Positions 28,224 to 43,526 of a stretch of DNA of 64,000 nt are shown here, one piece after another; within the stretch, counting starts at the first letter, position 1, and each line of letters opens with the position of its first letter. Source of the stretch: Eledone cirrhosa (taxonomy: Eukaryota); the NCBI GenBank assembly GCA_964016885.1, contig OZ024755.1:25606001-25670000 (forward strand), written 5' to 3'. The position numbers and the translations under genes were made by a program. Under the pieces are notes generated by a model. It was not told the origin of the DNA and did no database searches. It worked only from the letters and a program-made list of their open reading frames with translations.

Positions 28224-28310
28224 ACCTTCTGACGAGAGTTTATCTTTTCAATGGAAGGCCGCAAGGACTGTCCATTTATTTTTGAGACTCGAAACCGATT
28301 CGGTAAAGGT
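28224..28310 (+). ncRNA. Type I hammerhead ribozyme, complete
   Basis: ACCTT-CTGACGA-GAGTTT..AGACTC-GAAA-CCG-ATT-CGG-TA^-AAGGT. Stem I is perfect, stems II and III pair, the core is canonical and the cleavage triplet is GUA (cut after 28305). Confidence 0.85.
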
Positions 28311-28367
28311 AACCATAGTGAGTACAGTGAATTTTTTGAAATTTATTTTCTTATTTGCTAAACCTTG

Positions 28368-28467
<100 letters not shown>

Positions 28468-28561
28468 GGAGAGGGAGAGAGAGTGTGTGTGTGTGTGTCG
28501 GCAGTGCTGTGACCGAGGGGACCACGAATCATTGGGAGTACTCAATGCATGGAGTGTGTAT

Positions 28562-28661
28562 AGAGATATGTAAAATCCCGACCTCGGAGCCAAGCGGTTT
28601 CGGCTTGTGTTGACACAAGCCGAAACCGCTTGGAGCCGTGGTCGGGATTTTACACATCTCT
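28562..28661. repeat. About 100-bp palindrome with HHR 3' half
   Basis: ..CGGTTTCGGCTTGTGT-TG-ACACAAGCCGAAACCG.., followed by GAAA-CCGC..GTGG-TC-GGGA. Confidence 0.65.
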
Positions 28662-28667
28662 CTCTAC

Positions 28668-28705
<38 letters not shown>

Positions 28706-29151
28706 AGAAGGTACGTGAACATCATTCTCTGCCTCTTACCTGTGCATTTCCCTACTCAATCTTTGCTGCATTGACTTTAGTCACGCCTCAGTCATTTTTT
28801 TAAAGAACAGAGATAAATATAGCAGGTTTAGTGGTGGGGCTGTTAGCGGGAATGATTAGCGACACCTACATGTGTTAATACTACTACTACCACAACGCTC
28901 AACACCACCATTACCACCACTACCACTACCATTACCACTATCACCACCATTAACACCAAAACCACCACAACCAGCAACACCATTACTAATAATACCACTA
29001 CCACCACACTCGCACCACCATTAACACCACTATCACCACTACCACTACACTCACACCACCATTAACACCAACACAACCACCAACAACCCCCACCACTATC
29101 ACCACTACCACCAACACTACCACCACCACTATTAACACCACTACCATCATA

Positions 29152-29495
29152 TGGGTATTTAGCACAATAGACAAGCTCTACAATGTCTGCCTGACTATTT
29201 AGCGCCATTGGCTGGCCCTACAATATGTGCCTGGGTATTTAGCGCCACATGAACATGTGTATTTAGCTCCCTAGATTAGATCCACAATATGTGCCTGTGT
29301 ATTTAACACTCTAAGCTAGATCTACAATAAGTCCATGTGTATTTAGCTCCCTAGATTAGCTCTATAATATGTGCCTGGGTATTTAACACCCGAGGCTAGA
29401 TCTGCTATATCTGTCTGTGTATTTAACACCCTAGATTAGATCTACAATATGTACCTGGGTATTTATCCCCCTATGATAGCCCTACAATGTGTGCC
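29152..29495. repeat. About 39-bp minisatellite
   Basis: GTATTTA..CCCTAGATTAGATCTACAATATGTGCCTG recurs. Confidence 0.85.
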
Positions 29496-30121
29496 CTTTT
29501 CTACCAGTTATGTATCCCATTCTACCAAATAAAATAATTTCAACTTTAGCAAGCTAACGAACCTAGTTTTTGATAATTATTGCTCTAGTCATACTGAGAA
29601 AAATTATTATGGCTGCATTTTCCACTATACTGTCCACACTCGCCTACGCCAATCATGTGACTGGTCACACATAATACCACCCCACCTTCCATTTGGGATA
29701 TTTCCCCAACGCTGCTACACAACAAAGATGTTTAGTAATTTATTTACTGATCACAGGAAAATATGTATTTAATTTAATTACACCAATTGTTTTAGAAACT
29801 ATGGTCCTTTAAGGTTCAGTTATGCATTTTCTTGGAGTGTGTGTGCCCTTGTTGATCATTTAGTTGACTTAATTGTAGCGTCGGCCCTGCTTGAAGGACG
29901 TGGTAAAATATGGAAGTGAAGACAAGAAACAGGGAGAAACATTAGATTCACATAAATGGTGAACTTTTAATATATAGGCCGGACCAGGGATGTGTATTGG
30001 CAGTATCGGCAGAGCGTCGGACAATATGCTTTATGGCATAGGGTTACGCCTCTTTACGATCTGTCGAGGTTAGCTGTTGGTCAATCAGCTGGAAGTCTCA
30101 TCGTTGTAGCCGACGGAGGTC

Positions 30122-30817
<696 letters not shown>

Positions 30818-31108
30818 TCACTCCCATCTCAGTGTAATATAAGTATATGAGTCTATATATATATATTTACATATTTTCTATAGGTATGTGATGGAAAGAC
30901 AAATATTTATAGTAGAGACATACTCTGTGGACACACACACACTCCTATACACGTGTGTGTATATGTATTTGTGTGTATGTATGTGTGTGTATGTGTACGT
31001 GTGTGTATGTATGTGTGTCTGTGTGTGTGTATTTTAAATTGAATTATTTGATTATACGTAGAATACAGCATTTTAGGTTACAACAATGCAAATAGACCAT
31101 TATACATG

Positions 31109-31161
<53 letters not shown>

Positions 31162-31415
31162 CTAAAATGCGTATTCTACGTATAATCAAATAATTCAATT
31201 TAAAATACACACACACAGCTTAAACTTTAATCTGTTATTTTAATAAATATTTGCTCTACGGTTCTTATATATTTGATATATATTTATCCTTATCGAGCCC
31301 TCTTTGGATTTTAGTCTTCAATTTTATTATTATTACATATATATATATATATAATACATCTATATATATATATTTATAAGGTATCTCTACCAATGTGTGT
31401 ATAATATATATATAC

Positions 31416-31447
<32 letters not shown>

Positions 31448-31486
31448 AGGTATCTCTACCAATGTGTGTATAATATATATATACAT

Positions 31487-31519
<33 letters not shown>

Positions 31520-31558
31520 AGGTATCTCTACCAATGTGTGTATAATATATATATATAT

Positions 31559-31652
<94 letters not shown>

Positions 31653-31987
31653 CCTACCAATGTGTGTATACAACTAGACAAGAGTGTGGGGTGGGTGGAT
31701 GCGAGTGAAATTAATCTTTATTAAATATCGAAATTAACCTTAGAATTTAAGAATAGTGAAGCAGGGTTGGGGTTATAATACCCACCACCCACGGGGATTC
31801 CCTACATCCTATGATAAATTCTAAAACTTATATTTGAAAATATTGTTCATCTTGATTAGGTTTCACTCGCAGACCGTCCGTGTTCTTCAGTTTCACGATT
31901 TACCAGACTCGAGAAAATTCCAATATGCCCTAGCACATACAGAAACAAAACTGGTTTAACTATTTCTGAAAGAGGTATATCATTTAT

Positions 31988-32348
31988 AATTGTTTCCACT
32001 TTTGGCACAAGGCCAGCAATTCACCAGTGCATTACTGGTACTTTATGTTATCGACCCCGTAAGGATGAAAGGCAAAGTTAACCTCGGCGGGATTTGAACT
32101 CAGATCTTAAAGGTACGTAACTCTATGCTTCAAAGCATGGCGTCCGACCCTTATATATAATTGTTTCTACTTTTAAGCACAAGGCCAGCAATAACCCAGT
32201 GCATTACTGGTACTTTATGTTATCGACCCCGTAAGGATGAAGAGCAAAGTTAACCTCGGCGGGATTTGAACTCAGATCTTAAAGGTACGTAACTCTATGC
32301 TTCAAAGCATGGCGTCCGACTCTCTACCGATACTGCCAATCCACCACC

Positions 32349-32350
<2 letters not shown>
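31988..32350 (-). mobile_element. SINE tandem dimer
   Basis: Two copies share private variants (TTATGTTATC, GATCTTAAAGGTACG), which indicates a local duplication. Confidence 0.9.
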
Positions 32351-32433
<83 letters not shown>

Positions 32434-32882
32434 ATATTTATATATATGTTTGTTTTTGCTGAAGCTAGATATATCATTTATAATGATACGTATATATATG
32501 TTTGTATTGTTTTGTGTGTGTGTGTGTGTGTGTGTATGTGTGTGTGTATGTGTGTGTGTATCGTGTGTGTGTGTGTATCGTCTGAGTGTGTGTGTGTGTG
32601 CATATTTATATATATGTTTGTTTTTGCTGAAGCTAGATATATGACGTTAGTCACTACCTTAAATTCAAAGCAAGGGGCCTCCAAAATGTTTTTAAATAAA
32701 CATACAGTATATTATCAAATATACAATACGTACATTCATATAAACATATATATATATGTATATTATATATGTTGTGTCTCCTCACAGAAATAACAACCCA
32801 ACAAGGACTTGGACATATCGGAGTATTGACGGAGTAAAACACTTCAACAACATGTGTACCTGTCTCTACCACACTAATTCGG

Positions 32883-32937
32883 ACTGCCTGAAGAGGTCAC
32901 AGCCAAAGATGGCTGTCACCAAAATATATATAGCAGT
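32883..32937 (+). ncRNA. Hammerhead ribozyme, probably inactivated (GAAA>AAAA)
   Basis: ACTGC-CTGAAGA-GGTCACAGCCA-AAGA-TGGCTGTCACC-AAAA-TATATA-TA-GCAGT. All stems pair, but G12 is mutated. Confidence 0.65.
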
Positions 32938-33122
32938 ACATCTTTAATAAACGAAGCCAAATTTTAAATATTTGACTTAATTATTTTACATTACTCCGAA
33001 GTAACCAAACCAACTTGCGTACTTCGTCGAGTGCTCCAATCTGCATACTGAGGTGTCGGTAAACAACCAATATATAATCAAAATATATATCTATATATAT
33101 TTTATATATATATAATATATAT

Positions 33123-33209
<87 letters not shown>

Positions 33210-33242
33210 TATATATATACACATATATATATATTATATATG

Positions 33243-33304
<62 letters not shown>

Positions 33305-33319
33305 TATATATTATATATG

Positions 33320-33364
<45 letters not shown>

Positions 33365-33713
33365 TCAACAGAGTACTCAATATTTGGGGTAGTAGAGTAT
33401 GGTTATATCATAAAGAGTTTCAACAGCTAGTTCCAGACACTTGAACTAGCTGTTGAAACGGCAAGAGCTCAGCCGTGGGGTCCCGACTCTTTATGTGTAT
33501 ATATATATATGCATGTATATATATTTTTTTATGTGCTCGTGTATGTATATGTGTATACATGTATGTGTGTATTTAAGCAATTACTATCATAAGCTTGGTG
33601 AAGGAATTTCAATGATCGTAGGTTAATATCTTGAGGTTTTCGTCCTACTTAAGTCTTCCTTATTCCTCATTAACATTACTTGCTATGTATTTCGGTCACA
33701 CCACACACACACG

Positions 33714-33812
<99 letters not shown>

Positions 33813-33929
33813 CGCTTTGAAGGCATTTTAAAACCTGGTGGAGCTCATATCCGCCCCCAGGTCGGAAAACAGAAGGATAGAGAGAGTGCGAGAATGGACG
33901 TGAGAAAGAGATATAGTGGAAGTATTGAC

Positions 33930-34082
33930 CACAGTACAAGACTGGTACTTTTTCTTTCGACCTTGAAAGAATGAAAGGCAAAGTTGACCTCGGCGAAATT
34001 TGAACTCAGAGAGTAGAGAGCCGAACTGAATACCACAAATCTTTCTATCCGACGCTCTAACGACTCTGCCAATTCGCTGCCG
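33930..34082 (-). mobile_element. Related SINE subfamily
   Basis: CTGGTACTT..GAAAGGCAAAGTTGACCTCGGCG..GAACTCAG. Similar copies are at 4875-5020 (+), 12700-12825, 40590-40670, 50755-50830 (+) and 59395-59485. Confidence 0.8.
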
Positions 34083-34777
34083 AACTCTAAATATACGGTA
34101 GCCATATTCCTATGCATGTAACCACATGCATGTAACCATATGCATGTGTAAACATAACAATGTGTGCAAAAGCTCACACACACACGCACACACACACACG
34201 CACACACACACACGCTCGCGCACGCACACACACACACATTCACACACATAATCACACTAGCACACACATGTACACGTGTGAAAAACCTTAAGCAAACACT
34301 CTCTGATACAAGTTTTCTTTAGCTTCCTCTGTATGTATATATATAATTATAACCATATATTTACATATTTTCAAAATAACAACACTAGTAATATACAAAA
34401 TTCACTTTTGGAAATTTGAGTTTCAATAAAGGAAAGATTTTCCACAGTTACAAAATTTAGTAGAATTTCCAGAAAAATCTTTTTTCACAGCCGTTGCCGC
34501 AACCACCACCCACACACACCCCACAACTCTCCACAACCACCACCCACTCACCACACATCTCTCCACAAATACCACCAACATACCCTACACATCTCCACAA
34601 AAATTGGTAAGTGACCACTGTTAAAAAAAGTATGCAATATATTAGTAGAGTAGAGGTATATTCATTTTATTATAGAAATGACTTCTCCGGGTGGAGAACT
34701 ATATATATAAACTGTTGAGTGCTCTAAATCAGTTATAAACATTTATGTTTGTCGGACTTCCAACAAATTAAATACAA

Positions 34778-34831
<54 letters not shown>

Positions 34832-34960
34832 TTGTATTTAATTTGTTGGAAGTCCGACAAACATAAATGTTTATAACTGATTTAGAGCACTCAACAGTTT
34901 ACTGGAGTAAATATTCAATGATATTAAATAAATGGAAACTATGTTTATAAAACCATATTT

Positions 34961-35023
34961 ATTTTATTATATATATTTCAAGGGCAACCAAGACAACATT
35001 GGTGCGCTTTCATCAGATAAAAT
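34961..35023 (-). ncRNA. Minimal type I hammerhead ribozyme (left arm of palindrome)
   Basis: Exact reverse complement of 35043-35105. Confidence 0.8.
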
Positions 35024-35042
35024 CAGATAAAACAAACTTTGT

Positions 35043-35105
35043 ATTTTATCTGATGAAAGCGCACCAATGTTGTCTTGGTTGCCCTTGAAATATATATAAT
35101 AAAAT
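35043..35105 (+). ncRNA. Minimal type I hammerhead ribozyme (right arm of palindrome)
   Basis: ATTTTAT-CTGATGA-AAG..CTT-GAAA-TATATA-TA^-ATAAAAT. 7-bp stem I, palindromic minimal stem III, AUA triplet. Confidence 0.8.
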
Positions 35106-35148
35106 AAATATGATTTTATAAATATAGTTTCCATTTATTTAATATCAT

Positions 35149-35241
<93 letters not shown>

Positions 35242-35593
35242 AAGGCTTCTGCACGACTAGAATTGTAGAAGTCTTTCTATCTTAAATATTTATCCTCTGC
35301 TTTGTATTGAGTACCTTACTTACTGTGGTTACCCCCGATTGAACCCGGGATAAACTTATATTATATATATACCCAAGAGATGGCAACATGAATATACCCG
35401 TTGTTTTTCTCTAAAAACATTTTTCCAATTCCATCCCGCCCGCCCCTTCAATCTTTCTAAGTTCTCATTCTTTCTTCTGATGAAGGACTAGCATCCAAAA
35501 CGTTAAGACCCTATTCCTGCTATTTCAAGCGTTAACCTAATATATTCCTTCCATATACTGTACAGATTGTTGTTATTTCTCTTTACCTTTTAC

Positions 35594-35740
<147 letters not shown>

Positions 35741-35904
35741 TTGGACCTCCATTGGGTGGTTGAGATGGTCGTATTAGTTGTGAGGGTGGTGTGTGTTTGT
35801 AGGGGTACTGGGTGTGTGTAGTGGTTGTGTTGGTATTGCTGGTAATATTGGTGGTTAAGCTACAACCCTCGCCTCCCGTACACACACACAGACACATTAG
35901 TGAT

Positions 35905-36081
35905 AATTGTTTCTACTTTTGGCACAAGGCCAGCAATTATCCCAGTGTATTACTGGTACTTTATTTTATCAACCCCGTAAGGATGAAAGGCAAACTTAAC
36001 CTCGGCGGGATTTGAACTCAGATCATAAAGGGAGGTAACACCATGCCAAAGCATGGCGTCTGACCCTCTACCGATACTGCC
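35905..36081 (-). mobile_element. tRNA-derived SINE
   Basis: Family match. Confidence 0.9.
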
Positions 36082-36461
36082 GTGATAATATTAGTGGTTA
36101 AGCTACATCCCTCTACTCATGTACACGCACACACACACACATTCACACACACACACTCACATAATCACACACACTCACACACACACACTCACATAATTAC
36201 ACACACTCACACACACTCACATAATCACACACACTCACACACACACACTCACATAATTACACACACTCACACACACTCACATAATCACACACACTCACAC
36301 ACACACACTCACATAATTACACACACTCACACACACTCACATAATCACACACACTCACACACACTCACATAATCACACACACTCACACACACACACTCAC
36401 ATAATTACACACACTCACACACACTCACATAATCACACACACTCACACACACTCACATAAT

Positions 36462-36494
<33 letters not shown>

Positions 36495-36597
36495 TCACAT
36501 AATTACACACACACACACATCCAACTAACTAATGCTGTAATGAGGAGATAGTAGCTCATATTTCCTTCTTCTACTTCATCAATTTAATATCTCTCAG

Positions 36598-36675
36598 CAT
36601 TCTCTCGATTACTCTGTTGGCTCCCGTCGGCCACACTACTTGGGCTACAGATGAAACTGAAGGCATCCTATCCCG
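36598..36675 (+). CDS. Candidate exon
   Basis: Pyrimidine-rich atctctcag|..CCCG|gtgagt; phase 1 reads FSRLLCWLPSATLLGLQMKLKASYP. Confidence 0.35.
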
Positions 36676-36780
36676 GTGAGTCTTTCCTCCACCCCACTGT
36701 TTGTCGCTCCTCCCCACCATTACCACCGTCAATATGATATATGAGGTTACAAGAATGTCTGGTACTTTAACATACCTCAG

Positions 36781-36852
36781 ATGCTGACAGACTCGACTTC
36801 AACTTCAGCAGAACATTCACAGCAATTTTACTTCATACTATGCATCGAATAG
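36781..36852 (+). CDS. Candidate exon following 36598-36675
   Basis: cctcag|..ATAG|gtgtgt; the in-phase continuation reads DADRLDFNFSRTFTAILLHTMHRI. Confidence 0.3.
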   Translation: MLTDSTSTSAEHSQQFYFILCIE

Positions 36853-36956
36853 GTGTGTGTGAGTGTATGTGTATGTATGTGAGTGTGTGTGTATGTATGT
36901 CCTTGTGTGTGTGTGTAAATGCAAATATGTGTGTATAATTATTTCAATTTATGTAT

Positions 36957-37054
<98 letters not shown>

Positions 37055-37374
37055 TTATATGTATGTGTATATATATATATATATATAGTGACGAAACATA
37101 AGTCAATTGCATGAACTCATAATCCTTTATTTACTGCTATATATAATTCGATGATAGCCATTGAATGGCTATGACCTCATCAGGCAGTTAGTCAGTTCTT
37201 AGATATGCCAGCTCTGTGTTTATGGTGTTGATGATATCAGAACCTTGGGACATATATATATATATAAATAGAGAGAGAGATAGAGAGATAGAGACAAAGA
37301 GACAAAGAGAGAAAGATAGAGAGAAAGGAAGATAGAGAGAAAGAGAAAGAGAGAGAGAGAAAGAAGGAAAGAGA

Positions 37375-37428
<54 letters not shown>

Positions 37429-37731
37429 AATACAATCTATTGATTACTCGTTCATTTAATTAGTCTTTAATTAGACATTCATCAGATATAACGTGTTTAC
37501 ATAACGTTAATTTTACATGTTTTCACAATGAAAACATTTGGAAAACAATTTTCGGTGAGGCATTATGGTAAAAGGTTGTCTTAAGGGATGCAAATACTTC
37601 CAACTACATTACTTTTTTTTTTTTATTATAGAAGTATTCAGTAAAAAGCATCAGTCTACCGGGGAATCGAACTCAACTCACAACCTCACGATTGTGAATA
37701 TAACGACCTATATATGTATATACATATATAT

Positions 37732-38081
<350 letters not shown>

Positions 38082-38096
38082 TATATATATATACAC

Positions 38097-38237
<141 letters not shown>

Positions 38238-38244
38238 TACATAC

Positions 38245-38281
<37 letters not shown>

Positions 38282-38326
38282 CATACATATATATATACAT
38301 ACATATATATATACATACATATATAT

Positions 38327-38432
<106 letters not shown>

Positions 38433-39110
38433 CATGGTAAGTGAATCTGATTTTGTATGAGTCTATATACAAATCACGACTGTCTTCACGTCCAATTCAT
38501 GTAAAATGTTCTCTTTCTCGCGCAATCTATCTAACCATTTCTTTGACATCTTATGACGTCCTCCTTAAACCAATTCTTCTCCTTTGAAATTTGAACGTTA
38601 CTTAATGGAACAATTTAGAATTTACTATTTTCTTCTTTCATCTTAAGATTTTTGTTTTCCTTTTTTTGTTGTTTTCTTGCTAGGTTTTTTTTTTTGGTTT
38701 TTTTTTCAAATTTTACTCCTTCGTGTTTTTTCTATCGAACGTAAAAAATGAAACACTTTTCTTTCTTTGATATTAAATCTTGATGTATTTTATGAGCCCA
38801 GAATAAAGATGTGCATGCCAGATTTAAATGTTATATAGCAGCGGATGGGTTTAAGAAGTTTAAAGAAGATAGAAAAAAAATAAAGAAGAAAGAATATTTA
38901 GAAGGAAAATGTCGGAAATGAGATTTGTCGTTCATAAAGCCATTTTAAGAGACATAATTGTACACTTTGTATACAAACAGAGAGAATTGCTATCGTCTGG
39001 CGGCTAGCAAAGGGAAACAGAAAGCCAGTCGAGTGACTGGAATATATTTGAAGATATAGACATATACAAACATAAATACACGCACACATCCATATATATA
39101 TGTGTGTGTG

Positions 39111-39163
<53 letters not shown>

Positions 39164-39172
39164 ATATATATA

Positions 39173-39303
<131 letters not shown>

Positions 39304-39682
39304 GATTTTATAGTGTTGCTTACAACTGTAAAAATGTTAACCCATCCATGTCTACCGTCGTAAAGGTTGTGAAAATGTTCACTTACGTGTAAAACAAGAT
39401 TCAAACGTAGATTCCTTGCATCAAAGATCACAGAGGCCTCTATAGAAGTACTGTGAATTTTAGTCATCTGTTTAATTCTTAACACCCAGTAACACATAAA
39501 ACCACACTAGAAAGACGCTCTTGAAAAGTCCAAAGCAGTAGTAGGACTGCGTCACATTAAAAATCAATACACCAAATATTCACTAGTAAATATATTATAA
39601 ACATTTAAATTAACAAACGACATGAAACCACCATTAGCAAGATATTGATGGAAAATTAAACATTCGAATTAACATGGCAAAT

Positions 39683-39995
39683 GTTCTTCTTCTTCGCTCA
39701 CTTATTCCCGAGAGGGTCGCGGGAGAAGATTCCTCAAACACTCCTTCCAGCGAATCTTGTCAGAAGCAACCGTCTCCATCTGATCCTGTTGGATTCCCAA
39801 GCGAAACAAACCAAGCCCGTGGATGTTATCCAACCAGCTGGGTCTCCTGTCGGTTGATTTTGCCCATAAAATCTGTCCAGCGATTCTTTCCTGGGACATT
39901 CTAACCACATACCCATACTATCAGAGCTGTGATCTCTCAATTTGGAGAAGTAGCATATCTAACTGGATTGACTCTCTGATCTCTGAGCTATGTAT
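39683..39995 (-). mobile_element. RTE-type LINE 3' fragment, related to 27211-27520
   Basis: Shared CCTCAAACACTCCTT..GTTATCCAACCA..GACATTCTAACC..GTGATCTCTC motifs and a short (GAA)3 tail. Confidence 0.7.
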
Positions 39996-40799
39996 TATCG
40001 GAAAATAATTGGCCTAAATGGGCAGCAGATAGTGTACCCCTTCCTAAGCAAGTTGACCTCTTGTATGCACTAATTGGTCTTAACGGACAGGTAGTGTATC
40101 CCTACGCCAGTAGGTTGACCTTTTCTGGGAAGTAAGTGGTAAAAAAAAGGTGATGATGAACAAACTCAAATACCAACTGAAATATACTGATGAGCTTTTC
40201 TACTCTGCTGTTAGATTAGAGGTCTGTTAGTTCCTATATTGTATATAAAGACAAGATATTTACACCTGTCTTTACATGCCGTGGATTTATAAATAGTAGT
40301 CGATATTTCGTTGTCTAAATCTTCACATGTCAACTTAATGACAAACTCATGAATTATATTGCATACTCGCTGCTTACTGTACATACTTACACCTGTAGAT
40401 TGTACCTAATTACAGCTAAGTGGTCTGAGCCTTTGAACATTAAGAGCCTTTACCGTGGAATCTAGCCAGCAATGAAAGATTATGAAAAGATAATAAAGGT
40501 GTTTGCCAAGTTACGTAACTCTTTTATAACAGTTTCTATTGCAGGCACAATGCCAGAAAGTGACGTGTGTGTGAGGGCAGGTGGGACAAATTCAATGAAA
40601 AGCAAAATTGACATCGGCGAAATTTGAACTCAGGGCATAAAGAGCCGGGACAAATAACGCAAATCATTTGTCAGAGATACATATAGAATATAGCATTAAC
40701 CGAGACTTCGTTAATGTAAATATCGTATATTTCTGCTGCTAAGGCACTATTCAATATATATGTGTATACTGAATGTATCTACAAACACATGCGTTAATA

Positions 40800-41007
40800 A
40801 TGGTTTCTGATTTAGGCATAAGGCCAACAATTTTGTGGATAGTAGAATGTCAATGAAATCGACCACAGCGCATTATTTTATCGACCCCTAAGGATGAAAG
40901 GCAAAGCTCACCTCGGCGGGAATTGAACTCAGAACGTAAAGAGACGTAACTCTATGCTGCAAAGCATGTTCTCCGATGCTCTACCGATACTACCAATCCA
41001 CCGCCCT
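40800..41007 (-). mobile_element. tRNA-derived SINE, long form
   Basis: Family match including the extra GTC(G)ATTAAATCGAC-like segment. Confidence 0.85.
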
Positions 41008-41129
41008 AACATAAGCATTAATGATGATCTGTTGTTCGAACAATTGAATCACTCATCGTCAAAACCGATGGAGGTCCAACATACACAATGCAGCCGGATG
41101 ATGTGAATTCAGATTAGAAGGAAACACTC

Positions 41130-41702
41130 GTAAACCCTGTAGTAATATATTAGTATATTAGTATAGCTGAGCCCGTGGAAGACTAAACCAGCTGTAAACC
41201 CTGCAGTGATTTTTTTTATATTAGTATAACTAGCTGAGCCTGTGGAAGACAGAAGCAGCTGTAAACCCTGTGGTAATATATTAGTATATTAGTATAACTA
41301 GCTGAGCCCGTGGAAGACAGAAATAGCAGTAAACTCTGCAGTAAAATGGTTTATATTAGTATAGCTAGCTGAGCCCGGGGAAGACAGAAACAGCTGTAAA
41401 CCCTGTAGTGAAATTTTTTATATTAGTATAACTAGCTGAGCCAATGGAAGACAGAAGCAACTGTAAGCCATGTAGTAATATATTAGTATATTAGTATAAC
41501 TAGCTGAGCCAGTGGAAGACAGAAACAGCTGTAAATCATGTAGTAATATATTGGTATATTAGTATAACTAGCTAAGCCAGTGGAAGATAGAAACATGTGT
41601 AAACTCTGTAATCATATATTTTGCATTAGTATAACTTGCTGAACCCGCGGAAGACAGAAACAGCTGTAAACCATGTAGTAAAATGTTTTATATTAGTATA
41701 AC
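41130..41702. repeat. About 62-67-bp minisatellite, 8-9 copies
   Basis: TATTAGTATAACTAGCTGAGCCCGTGGAAGACAGAAACAGCTGTAAACC recurs. Confidence 0.9.
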
Positions 41703-42067
41703 ATCAGCTTTAATATATAATAGAATACTGCTTCAGCTAACATCATGGCATTGCCCTTGAAAAACCAAAACTATTATTAACCAAAAGTAAACGGTTTCGT
41801 TGTTTATTCCTTAGTATTTCTATAAATATTTGTTGATTTGCCTTCAATTTACAGCAGCTATTAAAATGTCGGCTTCTGTAGTTAGCGCCTCTCACATAAA
41901 AACAAACATTTTCATTTTTATCTATTTTATTAGAGATGCATCTAATTGCAGTAATTAATTTTTGACCATAGCTTTCGTTTTTACAATTTTTATAGACATC
42001 TTATCGTGTTTCCCATCGATGATATAGATAGATACACATGGTTTATAGGTGCACACCCAGACACAGC

Positions 42068-42112
<45 letters not shown>

Positions 42113-42321
42113 GTATACATACATATACATATATGTGTGTGTGTGTATGTGAGTGTGTGTGTATATACTGTATATATATATATTAAAGGTATATATTGAG
42201 TTAGGAACTCAAAATAGTCTCTTGCTACAAAATAGCTCTAAGAAAGAGATATTTCTGAATCAGGTCCCTTACGATTTGAACACATATCTATATAACTGTG
42301 TTCGTTTTTCTTTTATATTCT

Positions 42322-42415
<94 letters not shown>

Positions 42416-42926
42416 TAGAATACTCGGCGTTTCCCAGGCTGATAAGTAACTATAAATGGAACAGAATTATTGTTAATGAAACCATATTCGGTTTCATTGA
42501 TTGACTACCAGCAAAGCAGACTATCAGACTGAGAATTCAATCAGGGGCTCACTAAAAGATCTGTAGTTTGAGCCTCCGTCTGTTCGGACCGATCAGTATC
42601 CTAGTTCATGCTATCAACTGAGTATCTTGCTTGTGAAATTTACGTTCAAGAGGCCGTAAGTTCCTCAGACACGTGTATCTTTAACATAGTTCTCAGGGAG
42701 ATTCTTGGTGACACAGAGTGTGATAGGGATGACCCTTTTGAATTTGCGGTGTAATTCATCTTTGCTAGCTGAGTGAACAGAAGTAACTTGATATATAGTG
42801 TCGTTCACCGCTGAGAATGAAACTCGATAGTAAGTAAAACGTAGGTCAATAAATTGTTGTCTGTTCATCTTCCTTTGCTATTCTCTAATTCATTCCATTT
42901 GTTCTTTTATTATTCTATTCCTTCGA

Positions 42927-43430
42927 TGGCGGTGGATTGGCAGTATCAGTAGAGAGTCGGACACCATGCTTTGCAGCATAGAGTTACGGTCCTTTACGGT
43001 CTGAGTTCAAATCCCACGGAGGTTGACTTTGCCTTTCATCCTTACGGGTCGATAAAATAAAGCACCAGTAACGTACTGGGGTCGATTTAATCGACTTTCC
43101 CCTCCCCCAAAATTACTGGCCTTGTGCCTATAGTAGAAATAATTATTCTATTCCTTCAGTGGATGGGAAATATCAGTTGAGCGTCGGACAATATGCTTTA
43201 CGGCATAGAGTTACAGCCCTTTGCGTTCTAAGTTCAAATCTCGCCGAGGATAACTTTGCCATAGATTTACGGCCTTTTACGTTCTAAGTTCAAATCTCGC
43301 CGAGGATAGCTTTGCCTTTCGTCCTTGTGGGGGTCGATAAAATAAAGTACCAGTAACGCACTGGGGGTGATTTAATCGACTTTCCCTTCACCGTAAAATT
43401 GCTGACCTTGTGCCTAAATCAGAAACCATT
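42927..43430 (+). mobile_element. Two long-form SINE copies
   Basis: Sense copies; the second has an internal duplication of about 56 bp in the B-box region. Confidence 0.9.
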
Positions 43431-43526
43431 ATTTTCTTCCATCAGTCTTTTACTGTTTCCACAACAGACATAGCTATTCCAGTTACTATATATATAGTTA
43501 TTGGACGGACTGTGGACTTTAGGAGC

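Larger units (their letters stand above)
34709..35148. mobile_element. Double palindrome HHR element
   Basis: Palindrome 34709-34900 centred on (TA)n, followed by palindrome 34918-35148 carrying two HHRs. Confidence 0.7.

Noticed and set aside
31378-31670. CRISPR-like constant 26-bp repeats with variable spacers
   Set aside because: The spacers are (TA)n microsatellite, the context is eukaryotic, and there are no cas genes.
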